A stretch of DNA of 64,000 nucleotides. Source: Chloroflexota bacterium. GTDB taxonomy: Bacteria > Chloroflexota > Limnocylindria > QHBO01. Location of the stretch: contig JBBDRZ010000001.1 of NCBI GenBank assembly GCA_040905185.1, positions 115,254-179,253 on the forward strand, read 5' to 3'. Shown in pieces: positions 9,589 to 17,866 of the stretch. The notes beneath the pieces were generated by a model. That model did no database searches. It saw nothing but the letters and a program-made list of their open reading frames with translations, and had not been told where the DNA came from. Both the position numbers and the translations under genes were made by a program. Position 1 is the stretch's first letter. Every line of letters starts with the position of its first letter.

Positions 9589-10335
9589 GTGGTCCAGCTG
9601 CGCGACATCAGCCGTCCACCGGCGGAGGAGTTGGAGCCGGTCCGTCGCCGGTCAGCGGTAGTCGACGACGATCGGCCGTTGCTGCTGGGTCACGGCGGGG
9701 CGCTGACCGTCGAATGGCTGGGTCGCGTCCCGTATCGGCCCACCTGGGACCGGCAGAATGAGCTGGCCGATCGGCGCCGCCGGCGCGAGATCGGTGACCG
9801 CGTCCTACTGCTCGAGCACGACCCGGTCTACACCATCGGCCGCGGCGGCGACGAGCGGAACCTTCTGGCCACACCGGGGCGGTTGGCGGCGCTGGGCGCG
9901 GAGCTGGTCCGCATCGACCGGGGCGGGGACGTCACGTTCCATGGACCCGGGCAGCTGGTGGCCTACCCGATCGTCGAGCTGCGCGACCCGCTCGACCTGC
10001 GGCGCTACGTGCGGACCCTGGAGGAGGCGATCATCGGCACCGCGGCTGACTTCGGCGTGGCCGCCGCTCGCGTCGAGGGCCTGCCGGGGGTCTGGGTGGA
10101 TGGCGTCCGAAAGCTGGCGGCGGTCGGGGTGCGCGTCAAGCGCGGAGTTACCACCCATGGCCTGGCTCTCAACGTCAGCACCGACCTGGCCTGGTTCGAC
10201 GAGATGATCCCGTGCGGCCTGCGCGACATCGAGGTCACGTCGCTGGCCCGCGAACGAGGCGAGCCTCCCGCCATGGCCGAGGTCGCGGCGAGGCTCGCCG
10301 ATCATCTCGCCGAGGCGTTCGGCCTGCGCCGATGA
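9589..10335 (+). CDS. lipB: lipoyl(octanoyl) transferase
   Basis: VLLLEHDPVYTIGRGG..., DRGGDVTFHGPGQLVAYPI, KLAAVGVRV..HGLALNVSTDL motifs. GTG start. Confidence 0.85.
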   Translation: MVQLRDISRPPAEELEPVRRRSAVVDDDRPLLLGHGGALTVEWLGRVPYRPTWDRQNELADRRRRREIGDRVLLLEHDPVYTIGRGGDERNLLATPGRLAALGAELVRIDRGGDVTFHGPGQLVAYPIVELRDPLDLRRYVRTLEEAIIGTAADFGVAAARVEGLPGVWVDGVRKLAAVGVRVKRGVTTHGLALNVSTDLAWFDEMIPCGLRDIEVTSLARERGEPPAMAEVAARLADHLAEAFGLRR

Positions 10336-11030
10336 CGGACGAGGTCGTCGTCGAGCGCGGCAGCACGGCGGGCGATCCGGGGCATGCGGTCAGGATCGAG
10401 GTCGGGGCCTTCGGGCCGTGGGAGACGAACGCGTACCTGGTCTGGGACGGCCGCTCGGACGAGGCGCTGGTGATCGACCCGGGGATGGGCGCCGCCGCTG
10501 CACTCACGGCGCGAGCGGCGGACATCGGTCTGCGCATCCACCTCATCGCCAACAGCCATGGGCACATCGACCACATCTTTGACAACGCCGCCTTGAAACG
10601 AGCCAGCGGAGCGCCGCTGGGCATCCATCCCGACGATGCGTATCGGCTAAGCGGGGAGAACATCTACGGCTTCGAGGTCGAAGCAAGCGTGGCCGAGCAG
10701 GAGCTCCGAGAGGGGGACAGCCTGGCCATCGGTGATCTGCGGTTCGGGGTGTTGCATACGCCCGGCCATACCGAGGGCTCGGTGTGCCTGTACGAGCCCG
10801 ATCGGGGCCTGCTGCTGGCTGGCGACCTCCTGTTCCGCGGCTCCTACGGCCGGACCGACCTTCCCGGCGGGAACGATGAGCAGATGGTCGCGTCGCTGCG
10901 CCGGCTGCTCGGCGATATCCCGTCAGACACGCGCGTCCTGCCCGGACACGGGCCTGAGACGACCATGGCCCGCGAGGCGGGCTGGCTGGTGCGGATCGCC
11001 CGAGCCGGCTTCTTGGCGACACCCGACTAA
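10332..11030 (+). CDS. MBL-fold metallo-hydrolase (glyoxalase II-like)
   Basis: Start ATG at 10332 overlaps the lipB stop (ATGA). HxHxDH motif region (ANSHGHIDHI) and downstream HTPGHTEGS...LPGHG. Confidence 0.8.
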   Translation: MTDEVVVERGSTAGDPGHAVRIEVGAFGPWETNAYLVWDGRSDEALVIDPGMGAAAALTARAADIGLRIHLIANSHGHIDHIFDNAALKRASGAPLGIHPDDAYRLSGENIYGFEVEASVAEQELREGDSLAIGDLRFGVLHTPGHTEGSVCLYEPDRGLLLAGDLLFRGSYGRTDLPGGNDEQMVASLRRLLGDIPSDTRVLPGHGPETTMAREAGWLVRIARAGFLATPD

Positions 11031-11088
11031 GCACGGGCGGCGGCCCGGACCGGTCGCCTGATCGTTATCGGCTGATAGACTCGGGCCC

Positions 11089-11529
11089 GTGGCCACCGAG
11101 CTGCTGCGCCGCAATTTCACGGTCGACATGCCGCTCGATCTGGCCTGGCGGGCATTTGCAGACGTGGCCGCATGGCCGCGATGGGCCCCGCACATTCGGC
11201 GCGTGACGGTGGTTCCGCCCGGACTAGTCGGCCCAGCCAGTACGGGCAGTCTCTCCTTCCGGCCGATCGGCCGGAGCCGATTCCAGATCTCGTCGTATGA
11301 CGAAGGCGCCAGTTGGGAGTGGGTCGGCAATGTGCTCTGGCTGCGAATCCGGTACGACCACCGATTTGCGGCAGACGGGGATCGGACGCAGATGACCTGG
11401 ACCGTTTCCGAGGATGGTGGCGGACGCTCGGTGTTGGGTCGGATCTTCGCGTGGTTCTACGCCCGGCTGGTGGACCGGGCGATCCCCCGATTGCAGGCGC
11501 AGCTGGCGTCCGCCAATCGGGAAGGTTGA
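11089..11529 (+). CDS. SRPBCC (polyketide cyclase/dehydrase-like) family protein
   Basis: 146 aa. Bet v1-like fold signature: short N-terminus, W-rich core (WPRWAPHIRRV). Confidence 0.6.
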   Translation: MATELLRRNFTVDMPLDLAWRAFADVAAWPRWAPHIRRVTVVPPGLVGPASTGSLSFRPIGRSRFQISSYDEGASWEWVGNVLWLRIRYDHRFAADGDRTQMTWTVSEDGGGRSVLGRIFAWFYARLVDRAIPRLQAQLASANREG

Positions 11530-11534
11530 CCGGC

Positions 11535-12242
11535 GTGTCTCGCCTGCGCATCACCCGGCTCGGACACGGGGGCATCGTGTACCGGTCGCCCGGCAACAAA
11601 TGGGTGTGGGTGGACCGATGGACGGGCGCGCCCACCTATCCCGATGATTACCGGACGCCGGAACAGGTGGACGTGGTGGCGCCCACGCATGGCCACTTCG
11701 ACCACGTGGGCAACGACGCCGCCGATGTCGTGGAGCTGGCCGCCGGGGGCGCGACGGTGTTGTGCTCGCACGAGATGAGCATCTACCTCGCATCGCGCGG
11801 GGTTGAGGCCATCGGCATGAACAAGGGCGGCACGGTCGAGGCGGCGGGGATCGGCTTCACCATGGTCCGCGCCGATCACACCGGCGGCGTAACCATCACC
11901 GGGTCCGGGCCGGAGGCCACCCGCGAGATGGGCTGCTGGGGCTGGGTCATCCGCTTCGAAGACGGGACCCATGTCTACCACTCGGGCGATACCGATCTGT
12001 TCGGCGACATGGCCCTCGTCCGTGAGCGGTGGACCCCGACGATCGCGGTGCTACCGATCGGCGGCCACTACACCATGGGCCCCGCCGATGCCGCGCGGGC
12101 GGTGTCCTTGATCGGCGCGCGGACCGTCATTCCCGTCCACTACGCCACCTTCCCCATCCTGGTCGGCACCCCGGCCGAGCTGGCGGAAGCCACCGACGCC
12201 GAGGTCGTGGCCCTCGAACCGGGCGAGACCTGGGAGGCCTGA
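11535..12242 (+). CDS. metal-dependent hydrolase, MBL fold (UPF0173-like)
   Basis: In-frame GTG at 11535 (VSRLRITRLGHGGIVY...) within ORF 11313..12242. PTHGHFDHVGN and HSGDTDLF motifs. Confidence 0.7.
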   Translation: MSRLRITRLGHGGIVYRSPGNKWVWVDRWTGAPTYPDDYRTPEQVDVVAPTHGHFDHVGNDAADVVELAAGGATVLCSHEMSIYLASRGVEAIGMNKGGTVEAAGIGFTMVRADHTGGVTITGSGPEATREMGCWGWVIRFEDGTHVYHSGDTDLFGDMALVRERWTPTIAVLPIGGHYTMGPADAARAVSLIGARTVIPVHYATFPILVGTPAELAEATDAEVVALEPGETWEA

Positions 12243-12251
12243 CCGACTACC

Positions 12252-13418
12252 TCACCGCCAGATGTCGCCGTAGGAGTGCTCGCCCGCGATCAATCGGCCT
12301 TCGGCGAAGCGGGCGTACCGGTAGATCGCCAGGTCGTCGTTGGCGGAAGGCCCCTCGACGATGAGCTGAGCCAGGCTGGCGCCCACCGCGGGGGCGATCT
12401 TGAAGCCGGTCCCCGAGTAACCACAGTCCAGCCAGAAACCCTCCGGACCGGCCGGACCGATGACCGGGTGCTGGTCGGGCGTGATCCCGTCCTGGCCGCT
12501 GTGAGCCGAGTGGAGGCCGGCGCGAGCGAACGGAGGGAGGCGGCGCACGATCCGCTCCGCGGCACGTTCGATGAAGCCCGGCGCCGCGCTATCGACCGGT
12601 GCGTCAGGGTCGCCATCCATCGGGTTGCCGTCCTCCAGGGCCACCAGGGTCAGGGCCTCGCCCTCCGGGCGGCTGTAGAACAGGTTGGCGAAGTCGATGA
12701 AGCCGATGTGTCGGCCGACGTCCGGCGGGCGCTGGACGTAAGCCACGTCGTGACGCCACACCCCGATCGGCACGTCCAGCCCAACCATTTCAGCCACCCG
12801 GCCGGCCCACGCCCCGGCGGCGTTGACCACGATTGGCGCATCGAAGTCCCCCCGGGTCGTGGCCACGCCCAGCACCCGGTCGCCCTCGACCCGAACGCCG
12901 GTCACCGCGCAGCGCTGGACGAGGTGCGCCCCGCGATCGACGGCGCTTGCCATCAGCGAGGTGGTGGACGATGTCGGATCGGCGAAGCCGGAATGCGGCT
13001 CGAAGGCCGCCACCTGGTCGTCACCGATGTCGATTCCCGGCAGCAGGCGTCGGACCTCGGTCGCATCCACGATCCCGGTCACGATCCCGATCCGCTGCTG
13101 CATGGCCACGTTGGCCTCGAGCGCGACCATCTCCTCGGGCGGGACCATCTGCAGGAATCCAAGGTCGTTGAAGCCACTGTCGCCGCCAACGCGCTCCGCC
13201 CAGTCGTTGAAGTAAGCCAAGCTCCGCCAGGCCAGCCGGGCATCGGCCTCGACGTCGTAGTGCATGCGGACCATCCCGCTCGACCGCCCGGTGGCACCCG
13301 CGGCGACGGTCGCTTTCTCGAGGACGGTCGCCTTGACCCCTCGCTCGGCGAGGTGAAAGGCCAGGCTGGCCCCGTGGATTCCGGCCCCGATGATGATGAC
13401 GTCCGCGGTCTCAGCCAT
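12252..13418 (-). CDS. FAD-dependent oxidoreductase (DAO/sarcosine-oxidase-beta-like)
   Basis: N-terminal ADVIIIGAGIHGASLAFHLAERG FAD Rossmann motif. 388 aa. Confidence 0.8.
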   Translation of the reverse strand: MAETADVIIIGAGIHGASLAFHLAERGVKATVLEKATVAAGATGRSSGMVRMHYDVEADARLAWRSLAYFNDWAERVGGDSGFNDLGFLQMVPPEEMVALEANVAMQQRIGIVTGIVDATEVRRLLPGIDIGDDQVAAFEPHSGFADPTSSTTSLMASAVDRGAHLVQRCAVTGVRVEGDRVLGVATTRGDFDAPIVVNAAGAWAGRVAEMVGLDVPIGVWRHDVAYVQRPPDVGRHIGFIDFANLFYSRPEGEALTLVALEDGNPMDGDPDAPVDSAAPGFIERAAERIVRRLPPFARAGLHSAHSGQDGITPDQHPVIGPAGPEGFWLDCGYSGTGFKIAPAVGASLAQLIVEGPSANDDLAIYRYARFAEGRLIAGEHSYGDIWR

Positions 13419-13737
13419 GTCCCGCCGATGCTAGCCCCTCCGCCGGGCGAGGACCTCACGTCGAGGCGATCAGCGGCACTTTCCTGCCATCTAACGCCGT
13501 GCGGAATACCGGGCCGTGATTCCCAACTGACCACCGCTGGAATGGAACAGATGCAGGTCATCCTGAGCGTGGGGCTGGCCGGCCCATCCGAACGCAACGC
13601 CAGTTCGGGGCGATGAACCATGCATCCAATTCCGCGGGCGGATATCTGTCAGGAATCCGAGCCACCGGCGGACCCAGGGCCGGACTGCCGTGCCGCAGGG
13701 ACAGGTCGAGGACCATCGGTACAATCAACGGCCTGCC

Positions 13738-14673
13738 ATGACCGTCGAGACCGATGTCCTGATCCACGCCCGCGGCCTGACCAAGCGCTTCGACGGCCTG
13801 ACTGCGGTCGACGGCATCGATTTCGACGTCCACGTCGGGGAGGCGTTCGGGTTCCTGGGGCCCAACGGCGCGGGCAAGACCTCGACCATGCGCATGATCG
13901 CCTGCACGAGCCCCATCACCGACGGGACCCTGACCGTGGTGGGCATGGATCCCCAGCGCGACGGGACCCGCATCAAGGCCCGCCTGGGGGTCGTGCCCCA
14001 GGCCGACAACCTGGATGCCGAACTGACCGTCCGTGAGAACCTGCTCATGTACGCCCGCTACTTCGACATCCCCGGAGAGGTGGCGCGGAAACGCGCCGAA
14101 GAGCTGCTCGACTTCGTCCAGCTCACCGAGCGGGCCAATGACCAGGTCGAGCCGCTGTCGGGGGGCATGAAGCGGCGGCTGACGATCGCCCGCGCCCTCA
14201 TCAACGAGCCCGACCTGCTGCTCCTCGACGAGCCGACTACGGGCCTGGACCCGCAGGCCCGCCACCTGGTCTGGGACCGCCTGTACAGGCTCAAGAGCCG
14301 AGGCGTGACCCTGGTCATCACGACCCACTACATGGATGAGGCCGAGCAGCTGTGCGATCGGCTGGTGGTCATGGACCACGCCAAGATCGTGGCCGCTGGG
14401 TCCCCACGCCAGCTGATCGAGGAGTACAGCACCCGCGAGGTGCTCGAGCTGCGCCTGACCGATGCCGTGCGCGCCACCCTGGACGGCCGCCTGGACGACC
14501 TTGCCGATCGGGTCGAGGAGCTCCCGGATCGAATCCTCATGTACGCCGCCGATGGCGAGCAGGCGCTGGAACGGGTCCACGACCGGCAGGTCCAGATCGA
14601 GTCCGCCCTGGTCCGCCGATCCACCCTGGAGGACGTCTTCCTGCGGCTCACCGGCCGTTCGCTCATCGAATGA
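13738..14673 (+). CDS. ABC transporter ATP-binding protein (ABC-2/DrrA-like)
   Basis: Walker A GPNGAGKTST, signature LSGGMKRRL, Walker B LLLLDEPT. ATG at 13738 within ORF 13690..14673. Confidence 0.85.
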   Translation: MTVETDVLIHARGLTKRFDGLTAVDGIDFDVHVGEAFGFLGPNGAGKTSTMRMIACTSPITDGTLTVVGMDPQRDGTRIKARLGVVPQADNLDAELTVRENLLMYARYFDIPGEVARKRAEELLDFVQLTERANDQVEPLSGGMKRRLTIARALINEPDLLLLDEPTTGLDPQARHLVWDRLYRLKSRGVTLVITTHYMDEAEQLCDRLVVMDHAKIVAAGSPRQLIEEYSTREVLELRLTDAVRATLDGRLDDLADRVEELPDRILMYAADGEQALERVHDRQVQIESALVRRSTLEDVFLRLTGRSLIE

Positions 14674-15437
14674 CCGCCCTGCGCGTCACGCAGCGCAACC
14701 TGTGGGTCTACCGGCGCACCTGGCGCGGGAGCGTCTTTGGCTCGTTCCTCAACCCGCTCCTGTACCTCGGGGCGCTGGGCGTGGGCCTCGGCAGCTTCAT
14801 CGCTGCGCAGGACACCAGCGCCTTGGGCGGCGTGGGTTACCTCCAGTTCCTGGGGCCGGGGCTGCTGGCCGCGGCCTGCATGCAGACCGCCTCGTTCGAG
14901 GCCACGTTCCCGATCATGGGCAAGATCAGCTGGCGGCGGAACTACGAGGCCATGCTGGCCGCGCCGCTTTCGGTCCGCGACCTGGTCCTCGGGGAATTGG
15001 GTTGGATCGCGGTCCGGATGACGACCATGGCGCTGTCGTTCATGGTGGTATTGACCCTGTTCGGCATTCCCACCTCCCCGCTGGCGGTGCTCGGGATCCC
15101 CGCCGCCGTACTGACCGGGTTGGCGTTCTTCGCCGCGATCATGGCCTTCACCGCGACACAGAAGAACGACAGCGGCTTCGCCGCCATGTTCCGCTTCGTC
15201 ATCAACCCGCTGTTCCTGTTCAGCGGGACGTTCTTCCCCGTCGACCGGCTGCCGGACGCCATCGAGTTCGTGGCCGCCCTGACGCCGCTGTACCACGGGG
15301 TGGGCCTGATCCGGGGCCTCGTGCTGCAGACACCCGAACTTGCCAGCTGGCCCATCCACCTGGCGTACCTGGTGGTCTTCACGGCGGTCGCAAGCTGGCT
15401 CGCCTATCGGCTCCTGCATCGGCGGCTGGTGAAGTAG
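14670..15437 (+). CDS. ABC-2 type transporter permease
   Basis: ATG 14670 overlaps the ATPase stop (ATGA). Six hydrophobic helices typical of the ABC-2 family. Confidence 0.8.
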   Translation: MTALRVTQRNLWVYRRTWRGSVFGSFLNPLLYLGALGVGLGSFIAAQDTSALGGVGYLQFLGPGLLAAACMQTASFEATFPIMGKISWRRNYEAMLAAPLSVRDLVLGELGWIAVRMTTMALSFMVVLTLFGIPTSPLAVLGIPAAVLTGLAFFAAIMAFTATQKNDSGFAAMFRFVINPLFLFSGTFFPVDRLPDAIEFVAALTPLYHGVGLIRGLVLQTPELASWPIHLAYLVVFTAVASWLAYRLLHRRLVK

Positions 15438-15439
15438 CC

Positions 15440-16264
15440 GTGGCCGTCATCGTCCGCCCTACTCCCTCGCCCCGCCCGTACCCGGCGGTGGTGGGGAGCT
15501 TCCTGCGTGCGCGGCGCCTGGTCCAGCGCAACCTGCTCGTCTACCGCCACAGCTGGATGGTCGTCTTCTCCGGCTTCTTCGAGCCGCTGTTCTACCTGCT
15601 GGGGATCGGCTACGGGCTGGGGACGATCGTGGGCGACGTCGAGCTGTCTGACGGGCGGCTGGTCGCGTACGCCGCGTTCGTAGGCCCGGCCCTGTTGGCG
15701 CAGTCGACCATGAACGGCGCCATCAGCGAGACCATCTTCAACGTGTTCTTCAAGCTGAACTTTGAGAAGGTCTACGACGCAATCCTGGTCACCCCGCTGG
15801 GCATCACCGACATCGCCCTGGGCGAGCTGATGTGGGCCATGATCCGGGCCACCATCTACGCCATCGCCTTCGTGGGCGTGATGTGGGTGATGGGGCTGCT
15901 CATCAGCCCGTGGGCGGTGCTCGCCCTGCCGGCGACGCTGTTCTGCTCGCTGGCCTTCTGCGCCGCTGGGCTGGCGACGAGCACGTACCTGCGCACGGTC
16001 CAGGACTTCGATCTGCCGTTCGGGCTGATCATCATGCCGATGTTTCTGTTCAGCGGCACGTTCTTCCCGATCAGCATCTACCCCGAGCCGATCCAGTGGC
16101 TGGTCCAGGCCACGCCCCTGTACCACGCGGTACAGCTGCTGCGAGGCTTGACGACGGGGATCGTGGGTTGGTCGATCCTGATCCACGTGGCGTACCTGGG
16201 AGTCTTCGGGGGCGCGGCCATGATCCTGGCCCGTAGCCGGCTGGCCACCAAGCTCATCAAGTAG
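15440..16264 (+). CDS. ABC-2 type transporter permease (second)
   Basis: GTG at 15440, 3 nt after the previous stop. Hydrophobic ABC-2 permease architecture. The 600-aa track ORF 14462..16264 is a read-through of the same frame. Confidence 0.75.
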   Translation: MAVIVRPTPSPRPYPAVVGSFLRARRLVQRNLLVYRHSWMVVFSGFFEPLFYLLGIGYGLGTIVGDVELSDGRLVAYAAFVGPALLAQSTMNGAISETIFNVFFKLNFEKVYDAILVTPLGITDIALGELMWAMIRATIYAIAFVGVMWVMGLLISPWAVLALPATLFCSLAFCAAGLATSTYLRTVQDFDLPFGLIIMPMFLFSGTFFPISIYPEPIQWLVQATPLYHAVQLLRGLTTGIVGWSILIHVAYLGVFGGAAMILARSRLATKLIK

Positions 16265-16871
16265 CCGGCGGGGCCTCGTCCTCGCGCCCATCCTGGGCGG
16301 TTAGGATCGGCCACGCCTTGACCAGGTAGTCGATCCCCGACACGACGGCCAGGATCATGGCGGTCACCAGCAGCCAGCCGCCGGTCACGTGGGCCAGCGG
16401 ACCGATGCCGATCGTGGCCAAGGGTCCACCGGTCCGCGCGTCGAATGCCAGCAGCAGAGCCCCGATCGCGACCAGGGTCACCACCGTCTTGGCCTTGCCC
16501 AACCCTTCGGACGCCACGAGCAGCTGCACGTTGGCCGCCAGCTGGCGCACCCCGGCCACCACGAGCTCGCGGACCACGATCACGATCACGACCCACGCCG
16601 CGGCCAGGCCGGCCTGGGCCAGCGCGATGAGCAGCGCGGCGACGAGCACCTTGTCGGCCGTCAGGTCCAGGAACACGCCAAGCGTCGTCACCTGGCCCCG
16701 GGCGCGGGCCAGCCACCCGTCGAACAGATCGGACAATGCCGCGGGGACGAACACGACGAACGCCAGCACGCCGCCGCCGGGGAACGAGAGCAGAATCAGT
16801 GCGACCAGGACCGGGGTGGCCGCCAGCCGGAACAGGCCAAGCAGGTTCGGCAGCGTCCAACGGGTCGTCAT
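16257..16871 (-). CDS. pgsA: CDP-diacylglycerol--glycerol-3-phosphate 3-phosphatidyltransferase (CDP-alcohol phosphatidyltransferase family)
   Basis: ATG at 16871 (MTTRWTLPNLLGLFR...). DG(x)2AR..G motif (DLFDGWLARARGQVTTLGVFLDLTADK). Confidence 0.75.
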   Translation of the reverse strand: MTTRWTLPNLLGLFRLAATPVLVALILLSFPGGGVLAFVVFVPAALSDLFDGWLARARGQVTTLGVFLDLTADKVLVAALLIALAQAGLAAAWVVIVIVVRELVVAGVRQLAANVQLLVASEGLGKAKTVVTLVAIGALLLAFDARTGGPLATIGIGPLAHVTGGWLLVTAMILAVVSGIDYLVKAWPILTAQDGREDEAPPAT

Positions 16872-17515
16872 GCGCCCGGTTCCGCGCGGGTCCCGCGTCC
16901 CACCCGCCGCTCGGTGCCCGAGCGCAGGCGGGCGATGTTGTCGGCGTGGGCCGCGATGATGAGGACGCCGACCACGCCGGCGTAGGCCACGTCCGCCAGC
17001 GACGCCTGGCCGACCCGCCATAGGCCGGCCACCACCAGCGGGGCGCTGGCCGCGCCCGCGATCGAGGCCAGCGACACGTACCGGGTGACGGCCACCACCA
17101 CCCCGATGATGGGGATGACGAGCAGGAGGGCCGCGGGCACCAGGATCAGGAACCCCCCGGCCGCGGTCGCGACTCCCCGACCGCCTCGAAAGCCGATGAA
17201 CACCGAGCGGATATGGCCGGTCACGGCCGCCACGCAGCTCCCCGCCGCCACCCACTCGGGCGCCAGGCCCACCCCGCCGCCGATCCCCGCGCCGATGGCC
17301 GCCGCAACCAGGCCCTTGGCCAGGTCGAGCAGGCCAACCAGCACCCCCAAGCCGATCCCCAACGCCCGGACCGCGTTGGTCGCGCCGGTCCGTTCCGAGC
17401 CGACGGCGCGCGGGTCCTGCCCGCCGGCCAGTCGGGCGACGACCACGCCGAACGGGATGGCCCCCAGCAGGTAGCCGAGGGCGATGGCGGCCAACAGGCC
17501 GACGGCGGGACCCAC
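16868..17515 (-). CDS. plsY: glycerol-3-phosphate acyltransferase PlsY
   Basis: GYLLGAIPFGVVVARL...GSERTGATNAVRALG motifs. Start proposed at the GTG at 17515 (216 aa); the longer track ORF extends through a non-PlsY N-terminus. Overlaps the pgsA start by 4 nt. Confidence 0.75.
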   Translation of the reverse strand: MGPAVGLLAAIALGYLLGAIPFGVVVARLAGGQDPRAVGSERTGATNAVRALGIGLGVLVGLLDLAKGLVAAAIGAGIGGGVGLAPEWVAAGSCVAAVTGHIRSVFIGFRGGRGVATAAGGFLILVPAALLLVIPIIGVVVAVTRYVSLASIAGAASAPLVVAGLWRVGQASLADVAYAGVVGVLIIAAHADNIARLRSGTERRVGRGTRAEPGA

Positions 17516-17519
17516 CGGC

Positions 17520-17828
17520 TCAGCGGGCAGCGGCCCGGCGCAGGAGGAGGCGGAGGACCACCAGCAGACCGATCGCGGCCGCCGCCGCGCCGAGACCGAC
17601 CAATGCCGCGCGCTCGGCACCGGATGGCCACGCCACCGACAGGCCGATCAAGCCGGCGACCAGCGCCACGGCCGCGCTCTTCAGCCAGAACGCACGGTGG
17701 AACGACCAATCCCGAGGCGCCCGCGGGCCGGGCCGGCGCGGCGGGCGGCGCCCACCGGCCTTGGGCGGCGCGTACGGGTCCTGCCCTTTCATCATCCGCT
17801 GGTACTGGCGGCGTTCGGCGCGCGACAT
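17520..17828 (-). CDS. hypothetical small membrane protein
   Basis: 102 aa. Basic N-terminus (MSRAERRQYQRMMKGQDPY) and a single hydrophobic helix. Stop lies 2 nt before the plsY start. Confidence 0.4.
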   Translation of the reverse strand: MSRAERRQYQRMMKGQDPYAPPKAGGRRPPRRPGPRAPRDWSFHRAFWLKSAAVALVAGLIGLSVAWPSGAERAALVGLGAAAAAIGLLVVLRLLLRRAAAR

Positions 17829-17866
17829 CGGTCCTCAAGTCTATCTGCCGCTAGGATGCGATCGTC

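Noticed and set aside
14462-16264. 600-aa ORF spanning the end of the ABC ATPase through the second permease
   Set aside because: Read-through of an alternative frame. The first two-thirds translate to Pro/Arg/Gly-rich sequence. The real permease starts at the GTG at 15440.
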